Assembly (NCBI GenBank): GCA_002378195.1
Contig: DFRJ01000001.1
Location: forward strand, 161,722 to 225,721
DNA length: 64,000 nt
Reading direction: 5' to 3'
Origin: Patescibacteria group bacterium UBA3466
GTDB lineage: Bacteria; Patescibacteriota; Minisyncoccia; Phycocordibacterales; UBA918
Shown: positions 1 through 7,923 of the stretch, in pieces
Layout of the letters: each line of letters begins with the position of its first letter
Position numbering within the stretch: position 1 is the stretch's first letter
Program-made: the position numbers and the translations under genes
The notes under the pieces: model-generated
The model's input: the letters and a program-made list of their open reading frames with translations, nothing else
What the model was told of the DNA's origin: nothing
Database searches by the model: none

Positions 1-526
1 CACGGTCGGTGATCTTGGTGGTTTCGGTCAGATTCTTCATCGATTGATAGCGGCCGGTAATACCAGCACGCACTTGATTTTTAGCGAAGTGTCCGTTATC
101 CATTAGGTTTTGATACACCTCAAGATTGACCGGTCTTGGTCCTACTATACTCAGATCACCTTTTAGCACATTAAAAAATTGTGGCAGCTCGTCCATATAA
201 ATTTGCTTCAAGACCCAGCCAACCACTGTGACACCTCCATTTTTCTCAAAATATTTGGTGTGAATAAATTCACCACGGGCCTTTGCTTCCAGGATCATGC
301 GGTGTTTAAAAATATTAAATTTATATAAAGTAAAAGGAACCCCGTGCGACATCCGAGTTTCTTTATAGAAGAGAGGGTGGAATAAACCTCCGTCAAGAAT
401 CTGGACAATTTTAATCAAGAAGAGGGCAGTAGCACTAAAGGGTAGAGTAATTATTAGAATGAAAGAAGACAAAACGATGTCTAGCAGACGTTTGGCAAAG
501 ATGATTTTAGGTCTTGTTTGTTTCAT
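1..526 (-). CDS. Bacterial sugar transferase (undecaprenyl-phosphate glycosyl-1-phosphate transferase family). Only the N-terminal TM helix and start of the catalytic domain lie in the window; the gene runs off the window start.
   Basis: Minus-strand translation from ATG at 524-526: MKQTRPKIIFAKRLLDIVLSSFILIITLPF...VLKGDLSIVGPRP. The N-terminal TM helix and the GDLS(I/L)VGPRP block are typical of the WbaP/WcaJ C-terminal sugar-transferase domain. Confidence 0.7.
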   Translation of the reverse strand, partial: MKQTRPKIIFAKRLLDIVLSSFILIITLPFSATALFLIKIVQILDGGLFHPLFYKETRMSHGVPFTLYKFNIFKHRMILEAKARGEFIHTKYFEKNGGVTVVGWVLKQIYMDELPQFFNVLKGDLSIVGPRPVNLEVYQNLMDNGHFAKNQVRAGITGRYQSMKNLTETTKITDR

Positions 527-588
527 GTGATGTAGCGGGCATTATAACAAAGGTTTAGTCGTTGGCTATCTCGGAAAGGTGCTTGTAG

Positions 589-1128
589 TTAGTCATTCAT
601 TATTTCACCGATTTTCCTTACCGTGTTGATGTTGCGAGCGGTGAGTTTTTTATAAATGTCAGTTTTGATCACTTCATTCATTTTACTTTTTGAGTAGTCA
701 GCCTTCTTCACGCGCCATATTATTGCTCCCTCAAAGTATTGGGTCTTATCGACAGCCGGGTTCTTCTCGATTAGTTTTAAAGTTTCTTTCGATCTATATT
801 CATCCCACAGAAACCACACGTCAGTTTTGTACTCGCTGTCGTTCTTCCATGTGTGTGGTACGTGCTCAATTAAATTATCAATTTCTATCTGGCTACGCAA
901 AACTACCGGAATATTTAAATTAAAATCTCGAACAATAGTTGCTTCGATCTTTTGAATGACGTCCTTCTTACTCTTTGCTGTAGTGTCAAATATTACGTTT
1001 CCAGAATTGATGTAGGTAGTTACTTCTTTAAAACCAAGCTGCTCAAAAGAAGTTTTTAGCTCCCGCATGTCGATTTTATTATTGCCACCGACATTTATTC
1101 CTCTTAACAGCGCAACGTATGTAGCCAT
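589..1128 (-). CDS. DUF1697 family protein
   Basis: MATYVALLRGINVGGNNKI... matches the DUF1697 N-terminal signature. Internal Met chosen as start; the ORF extends to 1173 as an alternative start. Confidence 0.6.
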   Translation of the reverse strand: MATYVALLRGINVGGNNKIDMRELKTSFEQLGFKEVTTYINSGNVIFDTTAKSKKDVIQKIEATIVRDFNLNIPVVLRSQIEIDNLIEHVPHTWKNDSEYKTDVWFLWDEYRSKETLKLIEKNPAVDKTQYFEGAIIWRVKKADYSKSKMNEVIKTDIYKKLTARNINTVRKIGEIMND

Positions 1129-1167
1129 ATTAAAAATTGTATCAGAAGGCGTTGGTATAATTATGTT

Positions 1168-1704
1168 ATGCAAAAACCATTTATAGTATTTATTGACGGA
1201 CCAATGGGTTCAGGTAAAACAACCACCACAAAGTTACTCAATTCTGAGCTTCCAGATACAGCAAGGATCGCTTTTCCTGACATTAAGAGACTGGTTCCAA
1301 ATTACAGAGAAAACGAAATAACAATTTCAGTTATAAAAGAAGTGATGGCGGTTATGATTGAAAAATATTTGGAACATGGAGTGAGCGTGGTTGTAGAACA
1401 GATTACGAAACAAGAGGGTATTCACTCACTCAAAGACATTGCAGACAAGCATGGCGCTAGATTTTTTGCATACAGAATGAGCGCGCCAAAGGATGTGCGA
1501 TGGGAACGAGTTAAGGAGAGAACAAGGTTAATGATGAAAGTAGAAACCTTGTCCGAATCTAAAGTTGAGGAACTCCGTGGATACTTTGAACCTAACAACA
1601 AATTCTATGAGGACAACCCCTCGGACGTAAGTGTGGAAATTGATTCACTTGAAAACAACCCTAAACAAGTTGTTGAAATGATTAAGGAGAATTTATATTT
1701 GTAA
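1168..1704 (+). CDS. P-loop NTPase / nucleotide kinase-like protein
   Basis: Walker A motif GPMGSGKTT near the N-terminus; ~180 aa, the size of small kinases (AAA_33 or zeta-toxin-like). Confidence 0.5.
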   Translation: MQKPFIVFIDGPMGSGKTTTTKLLNSELPDTARIAFPDIKRLVPNYRENEITISVIKEVMAVMIEKYLEHGVSVVVEQITKQEGIHSLKDIADKHGARFFAYRMSAPKDVRWERVKERTRLMMKVETLSESKVEELRGYFEPNNKFYEDNPSDVSVEIDSLENNPKQVVEMIKENLYL

Positions 1705-1719
1705 AAATACTATATACTT

Positions 1720-2712
1720 TTGGATATGGAACCCCAACAAACAATTGAAACTCAAGAAATTGAGAAAGAATCAAATCTAAATAAAGTCACGCCACTATCA
1801 AAATATTTAGCCCTGCTACTTTTTGTTCTTTTACCGTTTATCGGAGGCTATATCGGTTATATGTATGCTCCGGTTAAGGTGGTTGAGGTTGAAAGGGGGG
1901 TCATTAGAGAGGAGGTAAGTGAGGAATTGATTGGTGTGTCCGACAATTCAAGTGCTAATACTCAGGTAGGAATTGAGGAACCTGATTCTGTTTTTGTCAT
2001 AGATGATTTAAATTCTGAAATAGAAGCTGAATTGATTCAAAATACCCTACGGTGGAGAGAGTGGAACCCCAAGTCTGATCGATGGAATGACTGGCACTCT
2101 TTTGTGGTCTCTAATCCAGATGAGCTTAAATATCTTGGTCTAGGTTTATTTACTGACAAGATTGAAATCTATCGACTGGATACAGTTGAAGCAATCTTTA
2201 TCCCTGACTCTATTCAGCTTGATCCAGCACTTGCTATCACGGTTTTCACAGAACAAGGAGAGGCGTTTATTGAGAATGGAGAGAGACTGTTTGTAAGTGT
2301 TCCAGTTATCATGACCGGCTCTAGTTTGGCTGAGCTACCAGGCTTTAGGAGAGCCGATTTGTTAGTACTTGGCTACGGATACATTACTGACGGCACCAAG
2401 TTGTATTCACTCGATGGTATTAATCAAAATGATCAGATACCGGCACTAGAGGGTGTTGATCCAGATAATTTCGATTTTTATTTAGTAAACAATTCTGACC
2501 ATCCCTCTAATGTATTTATTGTTAGTAAAAATAGAGTTTACTACCGAGATCTTTTGCTGGATGGTATTGATTTTGAAAACGCAGAGTTTCTGAATGGAAA
2601 TACGATAGTTAAGGATACAGACACAGTATGGTTTGCTAGTGGCGATTGTCATTATAAAACCTATAGGACAGGTTCGCTTGAAGAGATTGAGGGATACATT
2701 CCACCTTGCTAA
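1720..2712 (+). CDS. Hypothetical membrane-anchored protein
   Basis: 330-aa ORF with one N-terminal TM helix (LALLLFVLLPFIGGYIGYMY); no recognisable domain. Confidence 0.5.
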   Translation: MDMEPQQTIETQEIEKESNLNKVTPLSKYLALLLFVLLPFIGGYIGYMYAPVKVVEVERGVIREEVSEELIGVSDNSSANTQVGIEEPDSVFVIDDLNSEIEAELIQNTLRWREWNPKSDRWNDWHSFVVSNPDELKYLGLGLFTDKIEIYRLDTVEAIFIPDSIQLDPALAITVFTEQGEAFIENGERLFVSVPVIMTGSSLAELPGFRRADLLVLGYGYITDGTKLYSLDGINQNDQIPALEGVDPDNFDFYLVNNSDHPSNVFIVSKNRVYYRDLLLDGIDFENAEFLNGNTIVKDTDTVWFASGDCHYKTYRTGSLEEIEGYIPPC

Positions 2713-2721
2713 AAAATCAGT

Positions 2722-2925
2722 GTGCGCGATGAGAGATTTGGTCACCTTCACATCAATATTTTGTTCGACATAAAGTCTCCAAAATATTGTGTTACGCGAC
2801 CCCGGCGCTCGAATCGTCCTCGCTCCGCTCCGGGCGATATACTCGCTTTCTTCAAGTCCCTCACCACTCTGCATAATTTGAGACACAAGAAAAGCCGGAC
2901 CGATGTCCGACTGTTCTTGTGCTAG
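2722..2925. mobile_element. ~200-nt tRNA-associated element downstream of tRNA-Val, bounded by a partial copy of the tRNA-Val 3' end; homologous to the element at 15938-16152
   Basis: gcgcgatgagagatttg at 2735-2751 duplicates the tRNA-Val 3' end (gcgcgatgagagacttg at 2927-2943). Shared blocks with the His-linked element: ggtcacc, tattttg(t/c)ttcg, ctc(c/a)caaaata, ccgctccgg, gaatcgtcct. Confidence 0.45.
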
Positions 2926-2998
2926 TGCGCGATGAGAGACTTGAACTCCCGACCTTTTCGGTGTAAACGAACTGCTCTACCAACTGAGCTAATCGCGC
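2926..2998 (-). tRNA. tRNA-Val (anticodon TAC)
   Basis: Reverse complement GCGCGATTAGCTCAGTTGGTAGAGCAGTTCGTTTACACCGAAAAGGTCGGGAGTTCAAGTCTCTCATCGCGCA folds as a cloverleaf. 7-bp acceptor stem, anticodon loop TTTACAC, T-loop GTTCAAGT. Confidence 0.85.
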
Positions 2999-3017
2999 TT
3001 ATAAATAGTATGTTTTG

Positions 3018-3110
3018 GCTTCCAACACAAATATAGCTTAAGATGTCAGTTCGTTTACAGGTGTAAACGGTTCGAAAGTCTCCCAGACTTTCTCACTTCC
3101 ACCAACTTCG
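3018..3110 (+). pseudogene. Degenerate inverted tRNA-Val-like fragment
   Basis: The plus strand carries CAGTTCGTTTACA, identical to the tRNA-Val anticodon arm. GGTTCGAAAGTCTCCC resembles the T-arm and TCGTCGCGC the acceptor end. No intact D-arm or acceptor pairing. Confidence 0.35.
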
Positions 3111-3443
3111 TCGCGCTTAAATATTTGGTTGTAGGGGATATCCTACCGAATTTTTCAAAAAAAACAATAGGCTACTTTTAAAATAGTTAGAGCTCGCAAC
3201 TTGTGCGAGCTCGTACCCCTTCACCGTTTTGCCATCTGAATCTGAAATGGCAGATTAAAATAACGGGGTGGTTGAAATTTGGGTAGGTGACGTTTCCGAT
3301 TTTTGTTCGGAGACGGCCGACTTTCTGGTTCACCACCACGGTTATAGGTCCGGTGCTTATTTGCCAAATGAACTTCTCCTTGTTAGTGTGCCTATTTACT
3401 TTATAGACCGGTGTAGGGTCTGACGCAAGTTAACAGGTGTGAA

Positions 3444-3803
3444 TCATACCGCCTCAATAATCCCCGCCACACCGGTTTCAGTATTAGTTTCTGCCGGTAT
3501 GGCCGGAGAGGTGGCATGAAGTTTGAAGAGTCGACCTGGTTTGTCAACGCATAGCGTCAACGTATCTTTGCAGTCAGTGAAGACAAATTCTCCATTTCGC
3601 ACAAAGCCGAGTGAGATCTCAGCTGTGGTGTGGAAACTGATAGGTGAGCTGCAGCCCGTGAGATTGTCGATACTTCGAATTAGATATTCGACCCGACCAT
3701 CCCCAGCTTTTTTGACGGTAACGCCAACATGGCAGGTGACATTATGCAGGCAAATTTTCTTACCAGGGGAGGCAGTGATGTTGATCGGTTCACTAACGTA
3801 CAT
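3444..3803 (-). CDS. MOSC-like beta-barrel domain protein (putative)
   Basis: 119 aa; the segment GEFVFTDCKDTLTLCVDKPGRLFKLH resembles the MOSC block GDIF..ALIQVSQPRSPCYKL. Confidence 0.35.
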   Translation of the reverse strand: MYVSEPINITASPGKKICLHNVTCHVGVTVKKAGDGRVEYLIRSIDNLTGCSSPISFHTTAEISLGFVRNGEFVFTDCKDTLTLCVDKPGRLFKLHATSPAIPAETNTETGVAGIIEAV

Positions 3804-3925
3804 ATATTACTTCCTTTTGTTGACCAGAGGGTTGTTGTAGAACTACTTCACCAGCAACAATATAATAATATTTATATATGTCAAATATGTTGGTTTAGTG
3901 TTGGGCACAAGGTATACTGTCACGC

Positions 3926-4198
3926 ATGATCGAAATGCTAGCAGTCGTGACTGGTAAAGTGCAGAAAGTAGCCTACCGAGCTTATACCCAAGAATCGGCG
4001 ACCGAGTTAGGGATAGTAGGTAGTGTGCAAAATATGTCCAATGGCACAGTACAAGTAGTGGCTCAGGCTGAGCCTGATGTCTTGAAAGAGTTTGTGGAAT
4101 ACTTAAATGAAGGGTCACTAATGTCAGAAGTGGAAGGGGTGTCGGTCGAATGGCGCAGTGTATCCAAAACTTACGACGAATTTTCTTTGTTGCATTAA
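3926..4198 (+). CDS. acyP: Acylphosphatase
   Basis: 90 aa; GKVQKVAYRAYTQ...GIVGSVQNMSNGTVQVVAQ matches the acylphosphatase signature VQGVxFR...GWVRNxxDGxVE. Confidence 0.75.
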   Translation: MIEMLAVVTGKVQKVAYRAYTQESATELGIVGSVQNMSNGTVQVVAQAEPDVLKEFVEYLNEGSLMSEVEGVSVEWRSVSKTYDEFSLLH

Positions 4199-4201
4199 AA
4201 T

Positions 4202-4882
4202 ATGAACAAAACTTCAATCCAGTGCCTTGGCTTTATTATGGACGGCAATCGCCGTTGGGCGAAAGAAAAAAACCTGCCTACTTTAGAGGGTCATCGTAAG
4301 GGGCACGAGGTGTTCCTTGACTGCGTTCGCTTTGTTAGAGATCAGCATATCCCGCACGCAGTTTTTTATGCCTTTTCTACTGAGAATTGGAATCGTTCAG
4401 AAGAAGAGGTGGCGTATCTCATGCAGTTGTTCGCTCAAGTCATTGAAAATATCAAGAAAGGAGTAGATGAAGAGAGGGTGCGAGTGCGGATAGTTGGTAA
4501 TCGGTCTGACTTTTCAGAAGAACTGCAAACCGCTATGACAGAGTTGGAAGAAGATAGTGCCAAATATACAGAGACTACCATCTGGTTGGCGCTATCATAT
4601 GGAGGCCGAGCCGAAATAATCACGGCCGTTAATCAGGCGGTCGAAAACGGCACTAAAGTGACAGAAACAGATTTTCAAAAATTATTATGGACAGCTGATA
4701 TGCCTGATCCCGACATGATCGTGCGTACCAGCGGCGAACAGAGACTGTCTAATTTTTTGCCCTGGAATTCAGTTTATAGTGAATTCTTGTTTTTAGACAA
4801 ACACTGGCCCGCTTTGACCAAAAGTGATTTCGACGGCATACTCAATGAATATGAATCCAGAGACAGGCGAAAAGGTAAGTAA
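4202..4882 (+). CDS. uppS: Undecaprenyl pyrophosphate synthase (isoprenyl transferase)
   Basis: HLGFIMDGNRRWA near the N-terminus plus the central ENW and C-terminal RTSGEQRLSNFLPW motifs of cis-prenyltransferases. Confidence 0.9.
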   Translation: MNKTSIQCLGFIMDGNRRWAKEKNLPTLEGHRKGHEVFLDCVRFVRDQHIPHAVFYAFSTENWNRSEEEVAYLMQLFAQVIENIKKGVDEERVRVRIVGNRSDFSEELQTAMTELEEDSAKYTETTIWLALSYGGRAEIITAVNQAVENGTKVTETDFQKLLWTADMPDPDMIVRTSGEQRLSNFLPWNSVYSEFLFLDKHWPALTKSDFDGILNEYESRDRRKGK

Positions 4883-5621
4883 TGAACCAGCAGTATTGTT
4901 TGAGAACGATGATGTTGTTTTCATCAACAAGCCATACGGCTGGTTAACTCATGCGGATGGACATAATCAAACTGCACCGGTAGTGGTGGATTGGTTGTGC
5001 GCCAAGTACCCTGAAGCTAAGGGGGTTGGAGAGCCTGGCTACGCCAAAGATGGCTCGGAACTCGATCGATCGGGTATTGTGCACCGGCTTGATCGAGAAA
5101 CGTCTGGAGTGTTGGTGTTGGCAAAGAATCAACCTGCATACGAATTTCTCAAGGAACAATTTAAGGAACGGTTGGTACGCAAAGAGTACCGAGCGTTTGT
5201 GTATGGCCGGATGAATGATCGGTGGGGCACTATCAACCGACCAATCGGCCGTAGTGCCAAAGACTCTCGTCGTCGATCAGCTGAGCGGGGAGCCAAGGGT
5301 GTGCGTCGGGAGGCGATTACCGACTTTGAGCGAGTCGGGATGGGTGAGTATGATGGCGAACCTTTTTCTTATGTTAGATTGATCCCTAAAACTGGCCGCA
5401 CTCACCAGCTTCGAGTGCATTTACGCGCCATCGATCGTCCAATTGTTGGTGATGGTCTATATGCTGAGCATAAAATCCAAAAATCCAATAACTTATCGCT
5501 TGATAGGCTGGCTCTTCATGCCTATATTCTTGAATTGGCCCTCCCGAGTGGTGAAACCCACCGCGCTATGGCACCAGTTCCCCAAGAGTTTGAAATAGCG
5601 GCCGAGCGCATTGCAGAGTAA
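4824..5621 (+). CDS. RluA-family pseudouridine synthase
   Basis: VHRLDRETSGVLVLAKN catalytic-Asp motif and KEYRAFVYG block of the RluA/RluD family. Overlaps the uppS 3' end, so the true start is probably 4845 or 4851. Confidence 0.8.
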   Translation: MISTAYSMNMNPETGEKVSNEPAVLFENDDVVFINKPYGWLTHADGHNQTAPVVVDWLCAKYPEAKGVGEPGYAKDGSELDRSGIVHRLDRETSGVLVLAKNQPAYEFLKEQFKERLVRKEYRAFVYGRMNDRWGTINRPIGRSAKDSRRRSAERGAKGVRREAITDFERVGMGEYDGEPFSYVRLIPKTGRTHQLRVHLRAIDRPIVGDGLYAEHKIQKSNNLSLDRLALHAYILELALPSGETHRAMAPVPQEFEIAAERIAE

Positions 5622-5718
5622 CTAGTATTGTGGTAGATTGTGGCACGTTTTAAGGACCTTTTTATAAGGTCTTCTTTATTAAGAAACGACGCATTCAGAT
5701 TTATTAATTGTATTTATT

Positions 5719-6369
5719 ATGAAAGTAGCAATGGAGGGGGTTGAAGTATCTCCCGTAAACATGGAAGAACGTAAGTCACTTGGTATCCGAGCTGGAGACA
5801 CAGTGCGAGTTCACCAAAAAATTCAAGATAAAGGTAAGACCAGAATTCAGATTTTTGAAGGTTTGGTTCTTGCTCGTAAGCATGGTAATGAACCAGGAGC
5901 GACCTTCACTGTACGAAAGGTGGCTAGTGGAGTAGGGGTGGAAAAGATTTTCCCACTGTATTCACCACTTATCGATAAGCTAGAAATCGTTAAGCGCGCT
6001 AAAGTGCGACAATCTAAGTTGTACTACATTCGTGAGAAGGTTAATCGAGAGATTAAGCGACAAATGCGTCGAATGCACCTAGTTGCTCTCGCAACCGAAT
6101 CTGAAGCTGAGGCAGAAGTTCGAAAGGCTGAGGAAGCTAAGAAAGCTGAAGAAGAAGCCGCTCGCGTAGCTGAAGAGGAAGCCAAGAAGGCAGAGGAGGC
6201 TGCAGCCAAAGAGGCGGAAGCAGCTCCAGCAGAAGCACCGGCTGAAGAGTCTGCTGATGAAAATACTGAAGAAGCTGCCGAAGAGGCGGCGCCAGTGGTA
6301 GAAGAAGCAGCTGAAGAAACTCCAGTAGAAGACAAGAAGGAAGAGACTGAAGAAGAAAAAAAGGATTAG
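5719..6369 (+). CDS. rplS: Ribosomal protein L19 with ~100-aa C-terminal E/A/K-rich low-complexity extension
   Basis: AGDTVRVHQKIQDKGKTRIQIFEGLVLARKHGNEPGATFTVRKVASGVGVEKIFPLYSP aligns with bacterial L19. The tail is EAEAEVRKAEEAKKAEEEAARVAEEEAKKAEE... Confidence 0.85.
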   Translation: MKVAMEGVEVSPVNMEERKSLGIRAGDTVRVHQKIQDKGKTRIQIFEGLVLARKHGNEPGATFTVRKVASGVGVEKIFPLYSPLIDKLEIVKRAKVRQSKLYYIREKVNREIKRQMRRMHLVALATESEAEAEVRKAEEAKKAEEEAARVAEEEAKKAEEAAAKEAEAAPAEAPAEESADENTEEAAEEAAPVVEEAAEETPVEDKKEETEEEKKD

Positions 6370-6375
6370 GTTAAA

Positions 6376-6410
6376 TAAAAAGCCGGCGCCCTACGGGCGC
6401 CGGCTTTTTA
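6376..6410 (+). terminator. Rho-independent terminator (GC-clamp family: aaaaagccggcgccc-tac-gggcgccggcttttt)
   Basis: Perfect 12-bp GC stem followed by a T-run, immediately after rplS. Confidence 0.8.
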
Positions 6411-6463
6411 TTTACTTGAACAATATAAGTGCTTCAGGCATAATGGCTCGCACCAATCGATAT

Positions 6464-6548
6464 GTCTACGTGGCGGAATTGGTAGACGCGCTACCTTGAG
6501 GGGGTAGTGAGCATTATGCTCGTGCTGGTTCAACTCCAGTCGTAGACA
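6464..6548 (+). tRNA. tRNA-Leu (anticodon GAG), class II with long variable arm
   Basis: GTCTACG-TG-GCGGAATTGGTAGACGCG-CTACC-TTGAGGG-GGTAG-TGAGCATTATGCTCG-TGCTGGTTCAACTCCAGT-CGTAGAC-A gives the expected acceptor, D, anticodon (TTGAGGG) and T arms plus a long variable arm. Confidence 0.85.
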
Positions 6549-6589
6549 CAAATTAAGACGCCTTCGGGCGTTTTTAATTTGTGTCTACG
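6541..6589 (+). terminator. Long hairpin/terminator after tRNA-Leu. A 16-bp outer stem includes the tRNA 3' acceptor strand, around an inner gacgcc-ttcg-ggcgtt stem plus T-run.
   Basis: cgtagacacaaattaa...ttaatttgtgtctacg inverted repeat enclosing acgccttcgggcgttttt. Confidence 0.6.
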
Positions 6590-6795
6590 AAGAAAGCAAA
6601 CTGCTTTGCTTTCGTCTGGAGTTAAAAGACGGAACGATGTGAGTGTGCGAACAAGTGAGTCGGGGTCGAAAGCACTTGGTAGATTTGTTGCGAAGCAATA
6701 AATATACTTAGTGACTTGTGGCCAACGTAGGGAGTAGACATACAAATTAAACGAGGCGATATCTCCGATATCGCCTCGTTTGCTATACTACCGAC

Positions 6796-7251
6796 ATGAA
6801 AGCAATCAAAGATACTTCATATGGGGTGATTCCGGTCAGACGAGCGGGAGATTCATTCGAAGTGTTTCTCATCCATCAATATAGTCGCATTGGAAATAAT
6901 ACTTACTGGGTTTTTCCCAAAGGACACCCTGAAGCCGGGGAAACTCCAGAAGAAACGGCTAGACGTGAACTCAAAGAAGAAACTGACATGTTGGCTGATA
7001 AATTAATAAGGGATCCAGTTTTTAAGCTGCAATATAGCTTTCACTACGACGGTAATCTAATTGATAAGACTGTAGTATTCTTCCTTGGCCTGGTTTCCCA
7101 AATTGAATACCAGCTAGACCCAGAAGAAGTGAAAGAAGCGGGCTGGTACTCCCTCGCAGATGCTAAAAAACGACTAGACTACAGTGATACAAAACAGATG
7201 TTCTCCGAAGTAACAAATTTTCTGGCAAGCCAATCCGCACTTGAAATATAA
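6796..7251 (+). CDS. NUDIX hydrolase
   Basis: Nudix box GHPEAGETPEETARRELKEETD (GX5EX7REUXEEXGU). Confidence 0.85.
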   Translation: MKAIKDTSYGVIPVRRAGDSFEVFLIHQYSRIGNNTYWVFPKGHPEAGETPEETARRELKEETDMLADKLIRDPVFKLQYSFHYDGNLIDKTVVFFLGLVSQIEYQLDPEEVKEAGWYSLADAKKRLDYSDTKQMFSEVTNFLASQSALEI

Positions 7252-7326
7252 GTAATAGCTTGTATAGTTTGTTTTGAATTAGGTTACTTTGGTCTTTCCG
7301 TTTTTAAACCAATAAGGAGACGCATA

Positions 7327-7872
7327 ATGCGCCTACTAATTATTGTGGTACTGCTGTCAATCGCTTTTTCCGCTAGCGCTCAAGAAGGACTAGATCAACG
7401 TTTTCGAGATCCGGAAAGTGTTTTGTTACCGGGTTGTGAAAAAGTCAGAGACTTGCGTCATGCGTTTCGGAACATGGATCGTGCTCAGGCTTTTCAAGAA
7501 GACTACGATTACAAATTCCTTGACGGCATCACTGGTTGCGACCGGGTGCGCATCCGTTCTCGTAGCACCTATCACCTGCATAGTTTTTTTGCTGGGGAAT
7601 TTGGACTGTTCTCAGTCTATGAGGTCCGGGGAGGGCGTGGCCACCGCGATAATGAAGTTGTCGGGTATGTGGTGGTTAGTGAATATGATAAACGGTCATG
7701 GGAGATCGCTGATAAGCGCTACTGTAGCATGTCTTCGTCGGTGGGTAACTGTTTGTTGCCTCGAGACTGCATGGTTTTCTCCGGTCGGATTCCGGCTGGC
7801 ACTTTTCACAAACTGCCAGTTGATGAGGTGGCAATTCCGCCATATTGCTTTGGTGTGGGCAGAAGTCATTAA
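7327..7872 (+). CDS. Secreted hypothetical protein, Cys-rich
   Basis: Signal peptide MRLLIIVVLLSIAFSASAQE; AAGGAG Shine-Dalgarno sequence 7 nt upstream. The overlapping alternate-frame ORF 7418-7999 is rejected. Confidence 0.55.
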   Translation: MRLLIIVVLLSIAFSASAQEGLDQRFRDPESVLLPGCEKVRDLRHAFRNMDRAQAFQEDYDYKFLDGITGCDRVRIRSRSTYHLHSFFAGEFGLFSVYEVRGGRGHRDNEVVGYVVVSEYDKRSWEIADKRYCSMSSSVGNCLLPRDCMVFSGRIPAGTFHKLPVDEVAIPPYCFGVGRSH

Positions 7873-7885
7873 CATTAAGGTAAAA

Positions 7886-7923
7886 CCAAGACGCTGGTGC
7901 GATAGCACCAGCGTCTTTTACTT
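7886..7923. terminator. Bidirectional terminator hairpin between convergent genes
   Basis: aagacgctggtgc-gata-gcaccagcgtctt with A-run and T-run flanks. Confidence 0.7.

Noticed and set aside
2482-2886. 134-aa minus-strand ORF overlapping the end of the 1720-2712 gene and the tRNA-Val-associated element
   Set aside because: It is antisense to a better-supported ORF and spans a non-coding repeat region; no domain or start context.
3110-3443. tmRNA, RNase P RNA or SRP RNA
   Set aside because: I could not locate the tmRNA tRNA-like ends or tag ORF, the RNase P P4 consensus (AGGAAAGUCCGGGCUCC...ACAGAAC) or the SRP domain IV motif on either strand. It is kept only as an unassigned structured region.
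6024-6335. Antisense ORF rich in Ser/Ala opposite the rplS acidic tail
   Set aside because: It is an artefact of reverse-reading GAA/GCT/AAG-rich repetitive codons; the same applies to 57682-58611 and 16496-16990.
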